Shown: positions 21,401 to 32,467 of the stretch, in pieces
How the letters are laid out: the number at the start of each line of letters is the position of its first letter
Position numbering within the stretch: the first letter of the stretch is position 1
NCBI GenBank assembly: GCA_021151585.1
Contig: JAGKWX010000002.1
Coordinates: forward strand, 5,859-69,858
DNA from: Alphaproteobacteria bacterium
Lineage (GTDB): Bacteria; Pseudomonadota; Gammaproteobacteria; JAGOUN01
Length of the DNA stretch: 64,000 nt
Reading direction: 5' to 3'
The notes under the pieces: generated by a model
The model's database searches: none
Told to the model about the DNA's origin: nothing
Seen by the model: the letters and a program-made list of their open reading frames with translations, nothing else
Translations under genes and position numbers: made by a program

Positions 21401-22441
21401 GTGAGCAAATTTTCTACATGGATGCAGCGACATCGACGCCACTTACTTATTGGAGGCCCGCTGCTGTTGGCATGCGGTATCATCATGACATACATCCATG
21501 AACGAAATACCATCTCAACAGATGATGCATACATTGTCGCCGCGAACGCTTCGATTAACAGCCAAGTTGGCGGACAAATTGCTAGCATTGCCGTAGTTGA
21601 CAATCAATTCGTTAAAAAAGGACAAACGTTATTTCAAGTAGATGCACGCCCTTATCACATCGCCGTTGAACACGCTAAAGCAGAATTAGCTAATGCCATT
21701 CTCAGTGCTCATGGCCTTAAAACGGTTTATCAAGAAAAGGTAGCTGAAACTCAAGCCGCACAAGATACTTTACATTACCAACTGAAAGAACTGAACCGAC
21801 AAAAGCGAATGACAGCTGCTGGCTTATCATCACAAATGAATTTAGACAAAGCAACGAATGCTTTTAACAATGCTAAGCAAGCCTTATTAGTAGCACAGCA
21901 ACAACAAGCCAATGCTCTAACACAATTAGATGACAACGCGAATATTGCAGTGAATGACTTGCCACTCATAGAAATCGCTCAAGCGAATCTACATCAAGCC
22001 GAATTAAACCTAGCCTATACCGACGTCAAGGCGCCTATGGACGGCATGGTGACTAAAGTAGATAACTTACAAGTAGGTGACTATATCTCAGCTGGAATGC
22101 CCGCTTTTGCGCTAATTGCAACGCAACAACCCTGGGTAATAGCCAACTTAAAAGAAACACAAATGTCTAAGATTCATCCGAATCAAGACGCCATTATTCA
22201 CCTAGATGCTTTTCCAGACAAAACATTCCATGGCAAAATATTAAGCATCAGCCCCGGCACAGGATCAGCTTTCGCTATTTTACCGCCTGAAAATGCAACC
22301 GGAAATTGGGTTAAAATCGTACAACGCATCCCCGTAAAAATTTCACTTGAAAATCCGGATCATCTGTTATTATCTTCAGGGCTAAGCGCAAACGTAAAAA
22401 TACATGTTAGCGAATCACAGGAAACTCAAGATGGCGAATGA
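21401..22441 (+). CDS. emrA: HlyD/EmrA-family membrane fusion protein
   Basis: N-terminal TM, TDDAY...., lipoyl/coiled-coil/beta-barrel layout, YT.V.AP.DG.V motif. GTG start with AAGGA upstream. Confidence 0.85.
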   Translation: MSKFSTWMQRHRRHLLIGGPLLLACGIIMTYIHERNTISTDDAYIVAANASINSQVGGQIASIAVVDNQFVKKGQTLFQVDARPYHIAVEHAKAELANAILSAHGLKTVYQEKVAETQAAQDTLHYQLKELNRQKRMTAAGLSSQMNLDKATNAFNNAKQALLVAQQQQANALTQLDDNANIAVNDLPLIEIAQANLHQAELNLAYTDVKAPMDGMVTKVDNLQVGDYISAGMPAFALIATQQPWVIANLKETQMSKIHPNQDAIIHLDAFPDKTFHGKILSISPGTGSAFAILPPENATGNWVKIVQRIPVKISLENPDHLLLSSGLSANVKIHVSESQETQDGE

Positions 22442-23963
22442 CCAGCCAGCTTCTATTAGCAAACAAGCTCGCTTCATCATTACTATTGCTGTTTCATTAG
22501 CGACATTAATGCAAACTTTAGATTCTACGATTGCTAATGTCGCCTTGCCACATATACAAGGGGCATTATCCAGCACTCAAGAACAAATAGCTTGGGTGCT
22601 AACGTCATATATTATTGCCACAGCCATCACAACGCCGTTTACTGGCTGGATAAGCGGTTATATTGGCCGAAAAAAAATACTCCTCATTTCTGTTTCTGGA
22701 TTTATTGTCACTTCTATTTTATGCGGCCTCTCGAATAATTTAATTGAAATGATTTTATTTCGATTTCTGCAAGGTATGTGTGGCGCCAGTTTAATCCCAT
22801 TATCGCAATCAGTATTAATGAGCATTAATACCAAAGAAAATTTTGGCAAAGCCATTTCATTATGGGCTTTCGGCGCAACAATTGGCGTCGTGTTAGGACC
22901 TCTAGTAGGTGGATATTTAACAGAAAATTATAACTGGCGCTGGATATTTTTTATAAATATTCCTATCGGAGCATTAGCGCTAATAGGAATTTCAGCGTTT
23001 CTCAAAGAAAGCGAAACACATCATAAAATATTTGATTTTTTCGGATTTGTATTATTAAGCGTTTGTCTAGCTGCTTTTCAATTATTACTCGATCGTGGAT
23101 CAATCAAAGGTTGGTTCAGCTCAAATGAAATTATTATTGAAACATTAATTGCTGGTTTATTTTTTTATCTTTTTATTATTCATACCCTAACCAAAAAAGA
23201 AACCTTTTTAAATTTAAAATTATTTAAAGATAAAAATTTTACTTACGGTGTAATAATAGTATTTATGATGTACGCTGCTTTATTTTCCACACTGGCGCTC
23301 ATCCCTTCAATGCTGCAACTTGAAATGAATTACCCCGTTATTACTACCGGCAGAATTTCAGCAATGCAAGGCTTTGGTATTGCCAGCTCAATGCTGGTGA
23401 TGGGATACATTATCAAGCACATCGACACACGATATATGATTGTGTTTGGCTTAGGGTGCGTTGCATTTTCACTATGGCAAATGAGTCATTATTCTTTATA
23501 TATGACAGACTGGTCTCTTATTACGCCTGGCATCATACAAGGCATTGGCATAGGATGCGCTTATGTTTCTTTAAGCACCATAGCATTTGCAAAATTGAGC
23601 GAAGATCTACACGATGAAGGCGCTGCATTTTTTAATTTAATGCGCAATTTAGGGTGCTGCTTAGGTATTTCCATCGCCGAAGCCTGCTTAGTACATAATC
23701 AGCAAGTAGTACATTCATCACTAGTTAGTCATATCACGCCCTACCATTTTTCCTATCAATGGGCGCCAGCAGTTTCCCATATTGATATTCACAGTCAATA
23801 TGGATTAACAATTCTAAATGCGGCAGCAACGCATCAAGCAATCATGCTATCTTATATCGATGACTTTCATTTACTGATGATGATGACTTTATGTGTTATG
23901 CCTTTAGTTCTACTGTTAAAAAAAGTCAAGTCAGCACAATCACGAAGAATATTACAGGAATAA
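22431..23963 (+). CDS. emrB: DHA2-family MFS multidrug efflux pump (EmrB/QacA, 14 TM)
   Basis: LDSTIANVALPHIQG..S, then many TMs. The ATG overlaps the emrA stop. Confidence 0.85.
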   Translation: MANDQPASISKQARFIITIAVSLATLMQTLDSTIANVALPHIQGALSSTQEQIAWVLTSYIIATAITTPFTGWISGYIGRKKILLISVSGFIVTSILCGLSNNLIEMILFRFLQGMCGASLIPLSQSVLMSINTKENFGKAISLWAFGATIGVVLGPLVGGYLTENYNWRWIFFINIPIGALALIGISAFLKESETHHKIFDFFGFVLLSVCLAAFQLLLDRGSIKGWFSSNEIIIETLIAGLFFYLFIIHTLTKKETFLNLKLFKDKNFTYGVIIVFMMYAALFSTLALIPSMLQLEMNYPVITTGRISAMQGFGIASSMLVMGYIIKHIDTRYMIVFGLGCVAFSLWQMSHYSLYMTDWSLITPGIIQGIGIGCAYVSLSTIAFAKLSEDLHDEGAAFFNLMRNLGCCLGISIAEACLVHNQQVVHSSLVSHITPYHFSYQWAPAVSHIDIHSQYGLTILNAAATHQAIMLSYIDDFHLLMMMTLCVMPLVLLLKKVKSAQSRRILQE

Positions 23964-23964
23964 T

Positions 23965-25356
23965 ATGAAACACCATGTTTATCTATCATTACTCATGTTA
24001 GTATGTTTAACTTCTTGCGAAGTTGGTCCCGATTATACAGCACCCACAGCACCGAATATTACACATTACACCGGTGAAAATAATCGAAAATTTACACAAA
24101 AAATCCCAGCACAATGGTGGGAAAATTTTCAATCACCCGCATTAAATCAATTGATTGAACTCAGCATCAACAATAATTATTCATTAGCAGCGATGCGTGA
24201 AACTTTAAAACAGGCTCAAGCAAGCCTAAATGCTGCTCAAGGAATATCTCTACCTCAAATCAACGCTACATCCGGGGTTGGTTATGAAAAATATGGCGCT
24301 ATTGCCACTGGCAATACCAACACTATCCCCGCGTTTCATTATTATTCTTTTGGACCTAGCTTAACATGGACTCTTGATATTTTTGGAAAAAACAAAAGAA
24401 CAGTGGAGCAACAACACGCCTTGGTCGAATATCAACAAGAAGAATTGCGCTCAACACAGCTGACACTCATAGGCAATATTATCACTACAGTTTTTTCTCT
24501 TGCTGAAGTTGACGCTCAAATTGCTGTTGTCAACAATATTATTCAAACTGATGAAAAATATCTGCAAAACATAAAACAAGGCCAAGCGATTGGCTATAAA
24601 ACTAAAAAAGATGTTGTGCAAGCAGAAATGCAACTACATAATGATCAAGATATGCTGCCTGTTTTATTACAGCAAAAAGCTCTACATCAAGGAGAATTAA
24701 ATATTCTTACCGGGAAGTTTCCCGCAGATTGGCAAGCGCCGAATTTTGTATTAGATGATTTGACATTGCCTAGCAACTTACCTTTGTCACTACCATCACA
24801 GTTAATACGGCAACGTCCAGATATATTAGCGGCAGGGGCTCTACTACACGCCGCTAGCGCAAACGTAGGTATTGCAACAGCAAATTTATATCCGCAAATC
24901 ACCTTATCAGCGAATATTGCTCAGGAGGCCCTGTCACCAGGGCAATTATTTGATAGATCCAGCACGGCGGCCGGCGCCATTGCCGGGTTAACAGCGCCTA
25001 TATTTTCAGGCGGAATGCTAGCAGCACAAAAGCACGCCGCAGAGCACGCCTACAAAGCCAGTTACGCAAACTATCAAGAAGTCGTCGTGCAGGCCTTTGT
25101 GCAAGTCACTAATGTTTTACACGCATTAAACCATGATGATACGCATGTATTAGCAACTCGAAAAATAATGAATGACTGCCAACAATCTCTAACATTAATC
25201 AAAACATCCGTTCAACTTGGCAGCACAGATCAATTAACCTTACTAGAATCACAGCGCTTATATGAGTTATCAAAACTATCCTATATTCAAGCCAGTGCAC
25301 AACGCTACCGCGATACGGCACAGTTATACTTGGCGATGGGGAGAATTTCTATTTAA
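23965..25356 (+). CDS. Outer-membrane efflux lipoprotein (NodT/OprM family)
   Basis: Lipobox LTSC followed by GPDYTAP, two TolC-type repeats. Starts 1 nt after the emrB stop. Confidence 0.85.
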   Translation: MKHHVYLSLLMLVCLTSCEVGPDYTAPTAPNITHYTGENNRKFTQKIPAQWWENFQSPALNQLIELSINNNYSLAAMRETLKQAQASLNAAQGISLPQINATSGVGYEKYGAIATGNTNTIPAFHYYSFGPSLTWTLDIFGKNKRTVEQQHALVEYQQEELRSTQLTLIGNIITTVFSLAEVDAQIAVVNNIIQTDEKYLQNIKQGQAIGYKTKKDVVQAEMQLHNDQDMLPVLLQQKALHQGELNILTGKFPADWQAPNFVLDDLTLPSNLPLSLPSQLIRQRPDILAAGALLHAASANVGIATANLYPQITLSANIAQEALSPGQLFDRSSTAAGAIAGLTAPIFSGGMLAAQKHAAEHAYKASYANYQEVVVQAFVQVTNVLHALNHDDTHVLATRKIMNDCQQSLTLIKTSVQLGSTDQLTLLESQRLYELSKLSYIQASAQRYRDTAQLYLAMGRISI

Positions 25357-25471
25357 TCCAGCTATCTAAGGATATCCATAACTAAGAAAAGAAAATTAAT
25401 CTTTCTTGCAACAAGGCAATATACACCTGATTATTTAAATATGATAATCAACAACATATAAAATCACACAG

Positions 25472-25491
25472 GGCAAGCCTAGTGGCTTGCC
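25472..25491. terminator. Stem-loop terminator between the convergent efflux operon and purA
   Basis: ggcaagcc-tagt-ggcttgcc: a perfect 8-bp stem with a tetraloop. Confidence 0.5.
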
Positions 25492-25505
25492 ACAAATTTG
25501 CCTCG

Positions 25506-26804
<1,299 letters not shown>

Positions 26805-26816
26805 TTAAAAATCACT

Positions 26817-27719
26817 TTACTCTTTTTTAGTTGCATTAACATCATGAAAATAATTAAAAAATTGGCCTTGAGGCGAAATAACCACAATATCATTCTTATC
26901 TTTAAATGATGCGCGATAAGCAAGCAAACTACGGTAAAAATTATAAAATTTTTCATCTTTACCATAAGTGTCTGCATATAATTTTGCTGCCTTTTCCTCA
27001 CCTTGGGCTTTTAAAACTGCAGCCTCTTGCAGTGCTTGCGCCTTAATAATCACCACTTTTTGATCTGCAGCAGCACGAATGCTTTCTGAGACTTTTAACC
27101 CTTCAGCGCGTTTGTTATTAGCAAACTGTGTGCGCTCCGCCGCCATTCTCTTAAATACTGACTCTAAAACACGCGCTGGCAACTTAATCGATTGCAACTG
27201 AACATCGAGAATATCAACGCCATAATCCTGTAATAGTGCCGGCTGTACGTTTTTTAATACCGCAACTAAAATTTCTCGGCGCGCAACAGAAATTAAATCT
27301 CCGCTGGTATGTTTTCCAATCTGTGCGCGGAGTTCATCATTAATTTTTTGCTCCATCAAGCTTTCCGCTCTATCTTCTATACCGCTGGTTCGTTGGTAAT
27401 ATAAGGCTAAATTAGAGATACGCCATTTAACATAATATTCAACAACAACCGATGTTTGCTTAGATGTTAAAGCAGAAAATTCTCCTGAGGCAAAACCATG
27501 GATACGCGTATCAAATTTTTTCACCGTACTAATAAACGGCCATTTAACATGTAAACCTGGTTGATAAGTTTCTGCAACATTGCCTGAGTTGGTTTTTAAT
27601 TTACCCATAATCAAAACCAAGCCACTCTGACCTTCTTGAATAGTAAACACGCTGCTCATCAACAATAAAACAAAACAAACAACGATTAGCGCAATGATTT
27701 TATTAACATATTTCATCAT
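26817..27719 (-). CDS. hflC: FtsH protease modulator HflC (SPFH/band 7)
   Basis: N-terminal TM plus SPFH domain. Position is hflK-hflC-purA. Confidence 0.9.
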   Translation of the reverse strand: MMKYVNKIIALIVVCFVLLLMSSVFTIQEGQSGLVLIMGKLKTNSGNVAETYQPGLHVKWPFISTVKKFDTRIHGFASGEFSALTSKQTSVVVEYYVKWRISNLALYYQRTSGIEDRAESLMEQKINDELRAQIGKHTSGDLISVARREILVAVLKNVQPALLQDYGVDILDVQLQSIKLPARVLESVFKRMAAERTQFANNKRAEGLKVSESIRAAADQKVVIIKAQALQEAAVLKAQGEEKAAKLYADTYGKDEKFYNFYRSLLAYRASFKDKNDIVVISPQGQFFNYFHDVNATKKE

Positions 27720-27730
27720 AAACCTCTTAT

Positions 27731-28909
27731 TTATTGTGCCGCGCCTTGTTCAATCGTTGCAGAACTCGCTGTTACTGGATTTTTAGGTAACGCAAAAAAA
27801 CGATCTAACGGTAAATTAATCAAATTATTCGACTGTTTGGTGTCTAACAAGATTTTACTTGTGTTAGACAACACCTCTTGCATCATCTCAAGATACATTC
27901 TATCTTTAGTAATGATCGGCGCTTGCTGATAAACATTTAATAATGCCAAATAACTAGCAACATCTGCTTGTGAATTTAGAATAACCTCTTGCTGATAAGC
28001 AGCAGCTTGCGCAAGAATACGATTTCGATTGCCTTCGGCGATTGGAACTACTTTTCGTGCATAAGCTTGAGCTTGTTGAATATAACGCTGCTCATCTTGT
28101 CCTGCTTGCACAACATCTAAAAATGCATCAGCAACCTCTTCTGGTGCTTGGACTTTACGTACGTTAACGGCAACAATTTCAACCCCGGACTGATAGTGGT
28201 TCATCAGTGTTTGTAAACGTGTTTTTACTTCTGATGTTAACTGATCGCGACCGATCGTGAGTACAGCATTAAGTCGCATACCACCAATAACCTCAGATAG
28301 GGCGGCGGCAGCCGCTTGTTCTAATGTTAGTTCAGCATTTCTAATATCAAATAAATATAGTCTCGGGTCTAGAATACGATATTGCACACTTAACTCTGCG
28401 TAAACAACATTTTTATCAGTGTCGTCATCAACATCTGAAACAGCATTTTGTTGTTCATCATGACTCGGATCAATATCATCAGAGGACTGTGTCAAATAAT
28501 CTGCACCAAAACTAAACGAAGTCACTTGTTGCACATTAACTTTCGTATAATCTTCTATGCCTCTCGGCACCCAATGTGGACCAGACTGAACTGTATCAAT
28601 GTATTGACCAAAACGTAAAATAACCGCTTCTTCCGAGGGGCTCACAATAAAAAAACCTAAAGCTAGCCAAACGCAAAACAATACAATCAAAACCACTATG
28701 CCCATGGCACGAAAAGAAAAATTATCATTTGATTTGTTGTGATTAGATGAAGACTTATAGCCCCCTGGTTGAGAGTGAAACATTTTTTTAAACTTATTGA
28801 AAAAATCCGCAATAAGCTTATCAAGCTCAGGTGGCTTATTTTCATTACTCGACCAAGAATCTCGGCGCAAAATTGTTCGACAAAGCTGTTTCATATCGAT
28901 TTTAACCAA
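27731..28909 (-). CDS. hflK: FtsH protease modulator HflK (SPFH/band 7)
   Basis: PPELD..I..F motif, single TM, SPFH domain. The start is ambiguous: TTG at 28909 or ATG at 28894. Confidence 0.85.
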   Translation of the reverse strand: MVKIDMKQLCRTILRRDSWSSNENKPPELDKLIADFFNKFKKMFHSQPGGYKSSSNHNKSNDNFSFRAMGIVVLIVLFCVWLALGFFIVSPSEEAVILRFGQYIDTVQSGPHWVPRGIEDYTKVNVQQVTSFSFGADYLTQSSDDIDPSHDEQQNAVSDVDDDTDKNVVYAELSVQYRILDPRLYLFDIRNAELTLEQAAAAALSEVIGGMRLNAVLTIGRDQLTSEVKTRLQTLMNHYQSGVEIVAVNVRKVQAPEEVADAFLDVVQAGQDEQRYIQQAQAYARKVVPIAEGNRNRILAQAAAYQQEVILNSQADVASYLALLNVYQQAPIITKDRMYLEMMQEVLSNTSKILLDTKQSNNLINLPLDRFFALPKNPVTASSATIEQGAAQ

Positions 28910-28973
28910 AAGAAAGGAAGTTGATTCTAATGATCAGCGATGCAAGGTGCAACAAAAGTTTTTTAAAATAGCC

Positions 28974-29207
28974 TTATTCACTCTCAGTAAACAGTGAATG
29001 CGGCAACGGCTTCGATGGCACAATTGTCGATATCGCATGTTTATAGACCATTTGGCTGATGTTACTTTTTAGAATGATCACATATTGGTCAAAAGATTCA
29101 ACCTCACCCTGTAATTTGATACCATTAACTAAATAAATTGCAACTTGTACAGCTTCTTTTCTTAACATATTAAGAAAAGGCTCCTGCAGAGACAAACCCT
29201 TCGCCAT
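28974..29207 (-). CDS. hfq: RNA chaperone Hfq
   Basis: [17 protein letters not shown]...[20 protein letters not shown]......[11 protein letters not shown]. Confidence 0.92.
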   Translation of the reverse strand: MAKGLSLQEPFLNMLRKEAVQVAIYLVNGIKLQGEVESFDQYVIILKSNISQMVYKHAISTIVPSKPLPHSLFTESE

Positions 29208-29394
29208 AGTTTTACACTCCATATATATTATTTTTTATAGTAAACCCTTATCTGGGAATTATACCATATTATCCCGATTTTTTTATGACCATTTTGATCA
29301 GGGTAAGGTAAAGATAGCAGAATTTGATGCCATTTAAAATTTATTGTAGAATAATTTTTGATTTTTTTATTATCTTTAATCTAGGCCGACTCCA

Positions 29395-30147
29395 GTGGAA
29401 AGCAAAAGCAGCAGAAAATGTTCGGTTTGCTACCAAATCAAGCCGGCATCCGATTTCCCCCAAACAATAGCCCTATTGTCATCGACCGCTATTTGCTTGG
29501 TCTGCCAAAGAATTCTCAACCATAGCGACGATGACGATGACGATAGCGGCGGTGGAGGCAAACGTTTTGAACACAATAGAGGCGCCAAGCAATTACAGCA
29601 TGACCTAGAGCTGGAAAATATTTTGTCACGAGAGTTAATCGATATTACACAAAAAAAAAGCAATAAAGACTTAGCCCAACAAGCAAGAGAACAAGAAAAT
29701 AAAGATAAGATCCAAGCCACTCAACGCGAAATGCTAGACCAACAAGAAAAGAAACTCGACTCCAAACTCGAAGAAAACAACACTTCTTCGGATACTTGTC
29801 TCAACATTAAGGCAAGAAAAATAAGTATTGCTCATCTCTTCTCCGTCACACGCTCACTAGCGCAAAACCGCATAGCGGCTCTCAATCGAAACACTGCCAC
29901 ACAAAAAAACATGGGCTTATTTGCAAAAATCAAGGAACAGTTATTAATCAATAAACTCAGCGGGCTATCAGAAAAAAAACAACAAGACGTGACAACACAC
30001 AGCGAAGAAAAGAGTGCTTCGCAAGAGAAAAACATGTTCGCCGTTGAATCTTCAACGCTATTTTCGCAATATCATGGGACCAAAACTGAAAACACCGAAA
30101 AATTAGCCGCAGCGATTCAAGAAGGACAGAAAATTTTCAAGCGATGA
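29395..30147 (+). CDS. Hypothetical protein: N-terminal CxxC...CxxC zinc-ribbon-like motif, poly-Asp/Gly tract, long K/E/Q-rich coiled-coil region
   Basis: 250-aa ORF with a GTG start and no clear SD. Contains KCSVCYQIKPASDF...CLVCQR, then DDDDDDSGGGG. A long open frame in AT-rich DNA argues that it is real. Confidence 0.45.
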   Translation: MESKSSRKCSVCYQIKPASDFPQTIALLSSTAICLVCQRILNHSDDDDDDSGGGGKRFEHNRGAKQLQHDLELENILSRELIDITQKKSNKDLAQQAREQENKDKIQATQREMLDQQEKKLDSKLEENNTSSDTCLNIKARKISIAHLFSVTRSLAQNRIAALNRNTATQKNMGLFAKIKEQLLINKLSGLSEKKQQDVTTHSEEKSASQEKNMFAVESSTLFSQYHGTKTENTEKLAAAIQEGQKIFKR

Positions 30148-30216
30148 TGCTGACCCGGACCTGGTTTAATTGAGATTTAGCAACTAAAATCTGCCGGGCA
30201 ACCTTAACACAGTGGT

Positions 30217-30795
30217 CTAATTAACATCCAGCACCAAACGTCCATCAGTCAAAACATAGCGCTGACCCTGATGAAAAAAAGACACAAATCCCTGCTCTTT
30301 CAAAGCTTTTTCTTTTAATTTTAATAAAGGATGCCCCAAAGGATCGCAACAATGTTCCGAATTCGTGCTTGGCAAGATATCAATTCGAGCAACTTTCATC
30401 ACGACAAAAGCATGATCCTCATGATCAGACCGGCTGCGAATATATGCTTCAACCTGCTTTTGATCACCATAAACTGGACGATTAACACTGTATTCTTGCA
30501 ATAGACGCGGAGATAACATAGCCTCCCAGCGTGTAAGCATTCTGCCTTTTGCATTAAATAAGTGCACAAAAACATAACGCTCATCTTCACGTAACGCGGC
30601 AACTACGGGCTGTGGCGTATCTTCTTGTTTGGGCACATTTACCGCTTGCTGAACATATGTGAATAAAGATTCTAAACGGGACGTAATAGCCTTGTAACGA
30701 TCACCAATACCATACTTGTTACGCAGTTCTTTCTCTTCTTTAACAAGTGCTTCAATTTCTCGATAGAGCAAACTTGTTATATCCTTATCGTCCAT
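30217..30795 (-). CDS. icmQ: Dot/Icm type IVB secretion protein IcmQ
   Basis: 192 aa (L. pneumophila IcmQ is ~191 aa). ERYVFVHL...WE, RPVYGD and D.LG.PLL.LK...L are collinear with remembered IcmQ. GAGGG SD. Confidence 0.8.
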   Translation of the reverse strand: MDDKDITSLLYREIEALVKEEKELRNKYGIGDRYKAITSRLESLFTYVQQAVNVPKQEDTPQPVVAALREDERYVFVHLFNAKGRMLTRWEAMLSPRLLQEYSVNRPVYGDQKQVEAYIRSRSDHEDHAFVVMKVARIDILPSTNSEHCCDPLGHPLLKLKEKALKEQGFVSFFHQGQRYVLTDGRLVLDVN

Positions 30796-30807
30796 ACCAA
30801 GCCCTCA

Positions 30808-31065
30808 TCACGGCCTGATGTGCTTAGTAATAGATGGACTCAATAGTTTAGCTTGACAACTTTCCGCGGCATGACCGACATCTTGCATATACTGTTGATC
30901 GGCATCATTCGTAGAATTGCTGCCGAATGCTTTTGTCATGCGCGCCACATCTTTTAGCTGCCTAATAACCGTATCTACCAATTCGTCTGAACTGATAACC
31001 TTAGGTTTGTTTAAAAAAATACCGCTAGCAGTCAGCGCGCTAGGCACCACAGCAGATACTGCCAT
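30808..31065 (-). CDS. Small ORF in the icmR position (FIR: functional-homologue-of-IcmR candidate, putative IcmQ chaperone)
   Basis: 85 aa. GGAGGGG SD before the ATG at 31065, and it ends 12 nt before the icmQ ATG. I recognise no sequence family; the call is by position only. Confidence 0.5.
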   Translation of the reverse strand: MAVSAVVPSALTASGIFLNKPKVISSDELVDTVIRQLKDVARMTKAFGSNSTNDADQQYMQDVGHAAESCQAKLLSPSITKHIRP

Positions 31066-31158
31066 ATACAACCCCTCCAACAACTAATAAAAATTTAACT
31101 TATCCCGATAAGTAAGTATATATCAATTTTCATTGGCAGTCTGAATTTTTTACAAAAA

Positions 31159-31500
31159 TCAGTCATACATCAACTCATCAAGAGGTGTATTACCGCCCAT
31201 ATCTTTGTTACGCATTAGCTCACTGATAACATCTAAAATACATAAGTAACGTAAAATGTTAGGTGTGGTGCTATCAAATACTGCACGTGAACCCAATTTG
31301 CTTTCTTGCGCCTCTTCAAATGTCACGCCTATCCCATACCCCAAGCATAAATAAGCTAATTGATCCGCTCTTTTAGCAATAGCCGGCAACATGCTATTAG
31401 GAGCCAATACATCTTCTACGGTCATCGCTGTACCATTCAGAGTAAACCGCACCCCCAACGCTTTAACCACTGTCACCAACTCTTTAATGATATCGGCCAT
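31159..31500 (-). CDS. icmS: Dot/Icm adaptor/chaperone IcmS
   Basis: LPAIAKRADQL..LCLGYG.G.T.E, TPN.LR.LC..DV..EL and the C-terminal TPLDELMYD are near-identical to L. pneumophila IcmS. The ATG at 31500 gives 113 aa. Confidence 0.9.
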   Translation of the reverse strand: MADIIKELVTVVKALGVRFTLNGTAMTVEDVLAPNSMLPAIAKRADQLAYLCLGYGIGVTFEEAQESKLGSRAVFDSTTPNILRYLCILDVISELMRNKDMGGNTPLDELMYD

Positions 31501-31501
31501 G

Positions 31502-31756
31502 TTATTTTCTCCACCAAGGTCGCGAATACTTACGCGGTCCCGCCAACCAGCAACGTAATATTCGCAAAAACACCGGAACAGTATAGCCATAGCGCTCTAA
31601 AGCATAGAGGCAAAAAATAATAATAATCGCTAAAAAAAACGTCCAAACGCGAATATGCAGCAAAAATAGCAATAAAGGAAAAGCGGCGCGGTAATCCACG
31701 AAAAAAAACCTTGCCGACCTTGCTGTGTCTCTCCATGCTGCCATAATTTCCTCCAA
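31502..31756 (-). CDS. icmT: Dot/Icm inner-membrane protein IcmT
   Basis: WRD.AR.ARFFF.D.RAAFPLLLFLLHIR.WTF and LAGPRK matches to IcmT. The stop TAA is 1 nt from the icmS ATG. Confidence 0.9.
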   Translation of the reverse strand: MEEIMAAWRDTARSARFFFVDYRAAFPLLLFLLHIRVWTFFLAIIIIFCLYALERYGYTVPVFLRILRCWLAGPRKYSRPWWRK

Positions 31757-31984
31757 ACAGTAACGCGCAACTATCTATGTGCCGAACAAAAAACGTAATG
31801 CCGACACAAAATACCCAGGTTTATGCACTCAATTTAAGTTTAAATTTTTTGCCGAGCACAAAAGTTAGAGATATATTACCTCATATTCCTAAGGAAATGT
31901 TAAGCTACGTCTTGTCGTTGGCATATATTTTACATAGAATCAGTATGATATATATAAAACCAATTGTTCAAAACGAGAATATAC

Positions 31985-32467
31985 GTGAATAAAAAAGCTT
32001 TTCTTACGCATGTCTTAATTCTGTGCTGCGCTTTCTTAACCGCTTGCACTAGCCATCGTGCGCCCAGCAACAGCTCAACAGCAGATCCGTCAAATACATC
32101 TCTCGTAGAGGCAGCTACCTCTGTCAGTAATTCATTAGAAAACCTTGCCGCGACAGAACAAGCGGCTTTCCACCCGATAGGCAATCAACCTATGCCTGAC
32201 CCCGCAAGTTACGGTATGGGCGGGCGAGCATCAATTGATTGGTCTGGACCGATAGAGCCTTTACTACAACAAATTGCCCAAACCGCGTATTATCGCGTCA
32301 AAATTGTTGGACGCGAACCAGCGGTTCCTATTTTAGTCACAATCAATGCAAAAAATCAGATGCTTGGCGACATACTATCAAATGTCGCTTTCCAATGCGG
32401 CAAACGGGCAGATGTTATCCTCTATCCCGAAATGCAAGTAATAGAGTTGCGCTATGCCGAAAACTAA
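31985..32467 (+). CDS. dotD: Dot/Icm outer-membrane lipoprotein DotD
   Basis: Lipobox LTAC. RASIDWSGPIE.L...IA, VP.L..I and VIELRYA match L. pneumophila DotD. GTG at 31985; an alternative ATG lies at 31964. Confidence 0.85.
   Translation: MNKKAFLTHVLILCCAFLTACTSHRAPSNSSTADPSNTSLVEAATSVSNSLENLAATEQAAFHPIGNQPMPDPASYGMGGRASIDWSGPIEPLLQQIAQTAYYRVKIVGREPAVPILVTINAKNQMLGDILSNVAFQCGKRADVILYPEMQVIELRYAEN

Noticed and set aside
21337-21603. 88-aa minus-strand ORF overlapping the emrA start.
   Set aside because: It is antisense to a well-supported emrA and has no independent support.
31099-31112. Perfect 14-bp palindrome CTTATCCCGATAAG between icmS and the icmR-position ORF.
   Set aside because: It is too short to tell an operator from a weak hairpin or chance, and there is no second copy in the window.
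31889-31905. TAAG-N7-TAAG direct repeat with 11-bp phasing in the icmT/dotD divergent promoter region; I considered it as a possible CpxR- or PmrA-type response-regulator site.
   Set aside because: Only 4-bp half-sites are present. It matches neither GTAAA-N5-GTAAA (CpxR) nor the TTAATATT tandem repeat (PmrA) well, and chance occurrence in AT-rich DNA is high. I also found no tandem TTAATATT upstream of any icm/dot unit here.
31530-32184. Alternative-frame ORFs (31530-31736, 31777-31992, 31930-32184) around icmT/dotD.
   Set aside because: They overlap confidently identified icmT and dotD or the divergent promoter region, and they have no SD or protein-like composition.
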